NCBI RefSeq assembly: GCF_030144855.1
Contig: NC_082712.1
Span: 42,036,001-42,100,000 of the forward strand
DNA: 64,000 bases
Source: Hypanus sabinus
Lineage: Eukaryota
Direction of reading: 5' to 3'
Part shown: piece after piece, positions 61,556 through 64,000 of the stretch
Numbering within the stretch: position 1 is the stretch's first letter
How the letters are laid out: every line of letters starts with the position of its first letter
Translations under genes and position numbers: made by a program
Notes under the pieces: generated by a model
What the model was told of the DNA's origin: nothing
Seen by the model: the letters and a program-made list of their open reading frames with translations, nothing else
The model's database searches: none

Positions 61556-62814
61556 TTTATGCCTTATGTTGTAGCTGTACAAGCTATTGATTAGACTGCA
61601 TTTGAAATATTGCATAGAGTTCTGTTTAGTTCAAGTTTAAAGCAAATTTATCAAAATATATGTCACCAAGTACAACTCTGAGACTTGTTTTCTTGTGAGC
61701 ATTCACAGTAAATTGTAAGAAACACGGTAGAATTAATGAAAAACTACACACAAACTAAAACAGACAACAACCAATGTGTAAGAGACAACAAATTGTACAA
61801 GTACAGAAAAAATGAAATAATAATAATAAATAATATTGAGAACATGAGTTGTAGGTTACTACATTCGTAGGAGGGACAGTAGCATCAATAAGAGTGCAGA
61901 AGATGTTCATCAGGACATAGCCTGGAATGAACAGCTTTAGTAGCAAGGGCAGATTGGATAGGTTGGGATAGTTCTCACTAAGGGAATGGTTACAGAGATT
62001 TCTAAGATTATGAGTCCACCAATAAATAGTCATTATTCTTCCCCAGGATAGGGACACCTGCAATTATAGGGCATAGGTTGAAGGAGGACGGAGTGGTAGG
62101 TATATGGAACAATTGCCAGAAGAAGTGGTCAAGGCAAATACAACCACACCATTTAAAACACATTTGAACAGTTACTTTGAGGTGAAGTGTGTAGAGGGAT
62201 AGGGTCCTTATTCAGGCAAATGGGATTAATGTAGAGGGCATGACGGTTAGTATGGATGAGTTAGGCTGAAGGGCTTGTTTCTGTGCTCTGTTCCTCCAAA
62301 ACTGTGGAGAGAAACAGAATTGCATCCCAATTGTTAGACCATTTCAGAGGATGTGATCTGCTTTGCATTAAGGAATCACCAATAGTCTTTTCTGGTCCAA
62401 CCATGAGGACATCATGTTGAAGAAAGCATTCCTACTTCCTCAGGAGGCTAAAGCAACTTAGAATGTCCCTCACCAAGTTTAATTGATGGTCCATTGAAAG
62501 CTTCCTATTTGGTTGCATCTCAGCCTGGCATGATAACTGCTGTGGCCAGGACTAGAAGAAAAGTCAGAGGCTCACGGACGCACTTCAGCACATTATGGAA
62601 ATGAGCTTTCCCTCTGTGGACTCTGTTTACACTTCCCACTGCCTCAGGAAAACAGCAAGCTATTAAAGGATTCTACACATCCAGAATATCCTCTCTTCTT
62701 CCTCCTTTCATCGGGCAGAAGAGGCTGAAAACACTTATTTCTTGAACCAAAGACAGTTTCTATGCTGCTGTTAGATGACTATTGGATGGTTCCTGTGGAT
62801 GATAAGATGGAGTT

Positions 62815-63135
62815 TGGGGGGGGGGGGGGGGAGCGGTTAGTGCAATTGCTTTATGTTGCCAGTGATCACTAATCCAAGTTTGATTCCTCCTGCTCTCTGT
62901 AAGGAGCTTGTTCTTTCTTCTCATGACTGCATGGGTTTCCTCTGGGTGCTGCTGTTTCCTCCCATGGTCAAAAGACAAACAGTTAGGGTTAGTGAATTGT
63001 GCATATGCAATGTGGGTGCCAGGAGCATTGCGACACTTGCAGGCTGCCCTCAGGCTGTGTTGGTCGTTGGCACAAAAACAACTACAGTATATGTTTTGAT
63101 GTTTCAATGTAATGTGGCAAATAAAGCTAATCTTT
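62815..63135 (+). mobile_element. V-SINE inserted in the 3' UTR of a plus-strand Rex/Babar fragment (about 62400-63305)
   Basis: A/B-box-like head, V domain GACTGCATGGGTTTCCTCTGGGTGCTGCTGTTTCCTCCCA, tail CAAATAAAGCTAATCTTT. The same tail occurs at 1-35 and, on minus, near 19555. Confidence 0.75.
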
Positions 63136-63305
63136 AACCTTTCTTGACTTCACAACCTACCTCATCACGTTTTTGTCTGACTGCAACTGTAACGCTTTAT
63201 TCTGCAATTAGTTATAATGTTTCCTGTTGTATAACCTCAATTCGGTGATGTGATTAAGTTATCTGTCTGGATGGCATGCGACACAAAGTTTTTCACTGTA
63301 CCTCA

Positions 63306-63805
63306 AAGTTCAAAGTAAAATTTATTATCAGAGTCACCACATCATGTCACCACATACAATCCTGAGAGTCTTTTTTGTGGCATACTTTGCAAACCTATAG
63401 AACGGTAACTGCAAACAGGATTTGTAAACTGTAAACATCAGGAACTGTAAACAAACTGTGCAAATATCAATAAATAACAAGCATGAAATAACAAGATAGT
63501 CCTTAAATAAGTGTAGTTACCCCACTTTGTTCAAGAGCCTGATGGTTGAGGGGTAGTAACTGCTCTTGAACCTGATTGTGTGAGTCCTGGACCACCTGTA
63601 CTTCCTAGCTGATGACAGCAGTGAGAAAAGATCATGCCCTGGGTGGTGAGAATCTTTGATGATGGATACTGCTTTTCTGTGGCAACGCTTCATGCAGATG
63701 TGCTCAGTGTTTGGGAGGGTATTACCCGTGATGTCCTGGACTGAATCCACTACCTTTTTTAGGATTTTCCACTCAAAGGCATTGGTATTCCCATACCAGG
63801 CAGTT
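63306..63805 (-). mobile_element. Rex1/Babar-type LINE 3' end
   Basis: IIKDSHHPGHDLFSLLSSARKYR...RFKSSYYPSTIRLLN* and (TTTGAAC)n tail. Confidence 0.85.
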
Positions 63806-64000
63806 TCCTTGGTATATATGACAATAATAACCCAATTCAGCTACAGTATTACCAATATATCCTACTGATGAAGGCACTTCTGCACATCTTGCACTAGCAT
63901 TCGACGAGAACAGCAACTGCTTGAACTTGACACATCTGCTGAATGCCATCATTAGCTCCACAGAAAGCATATTCGCTAGCTAACACACCAGTCAATGAAA

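Noticed and set aside
63855-63880. CTGATGAAGG as another hammerhead
   Set aside because: No stem II, GAAAC or PLE tail follows.
54400-64000. SPATA6L or PLPP6 exons expected from synteny
   Set aside because: No recognisable coding similarity found. The region is dominated by transposons.

Overview
Vertebrate genomic DNA, inferred from its repeat content (CR1, Rex/Babar, Penelope, V-SINE) to come from a cartilaginous fish, probably a ray. It holds three spliced genes in the order and orientation of the human 9p24 block. RCL1 (minus) contributes coding exons 1-2 only and continues beyond base 1. AK3 (plus) is complete, with 5 coding exons and 219 aa. CDC37L1 (minus) is complete, with 8 coding exons and 360 aa. 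Most remaining ORFs are fragments of decayed, often nested transposons: CR1, Rex/Babar and Nimb/I LINEs, Penelope-like elements (PLE), V- and Deu-SINEs, hAT, Tigger/pogo and Tc1. There is a 142-nt assembly gap. Highlights: (1) CDC37L1 carries a 69-nt exon, missed by the ORF track, that is homologous to the CDC37 C-terminal segment absent from human CDC37L1 and is reached through a GC-AG intron. (2) About ten PLE termini reconstruct a minimal type-I hammerhead ribozyme, and two TSD-flanked inserts of about 95 bp begin right at its catalytic core. (3) The CDC37L1 promoter has a cluster of CLEAR/E-box motifs. Homologies are from recalled sequences with no searches run, and repeat boundaries are approximate unless TIRs or TSDs are given.
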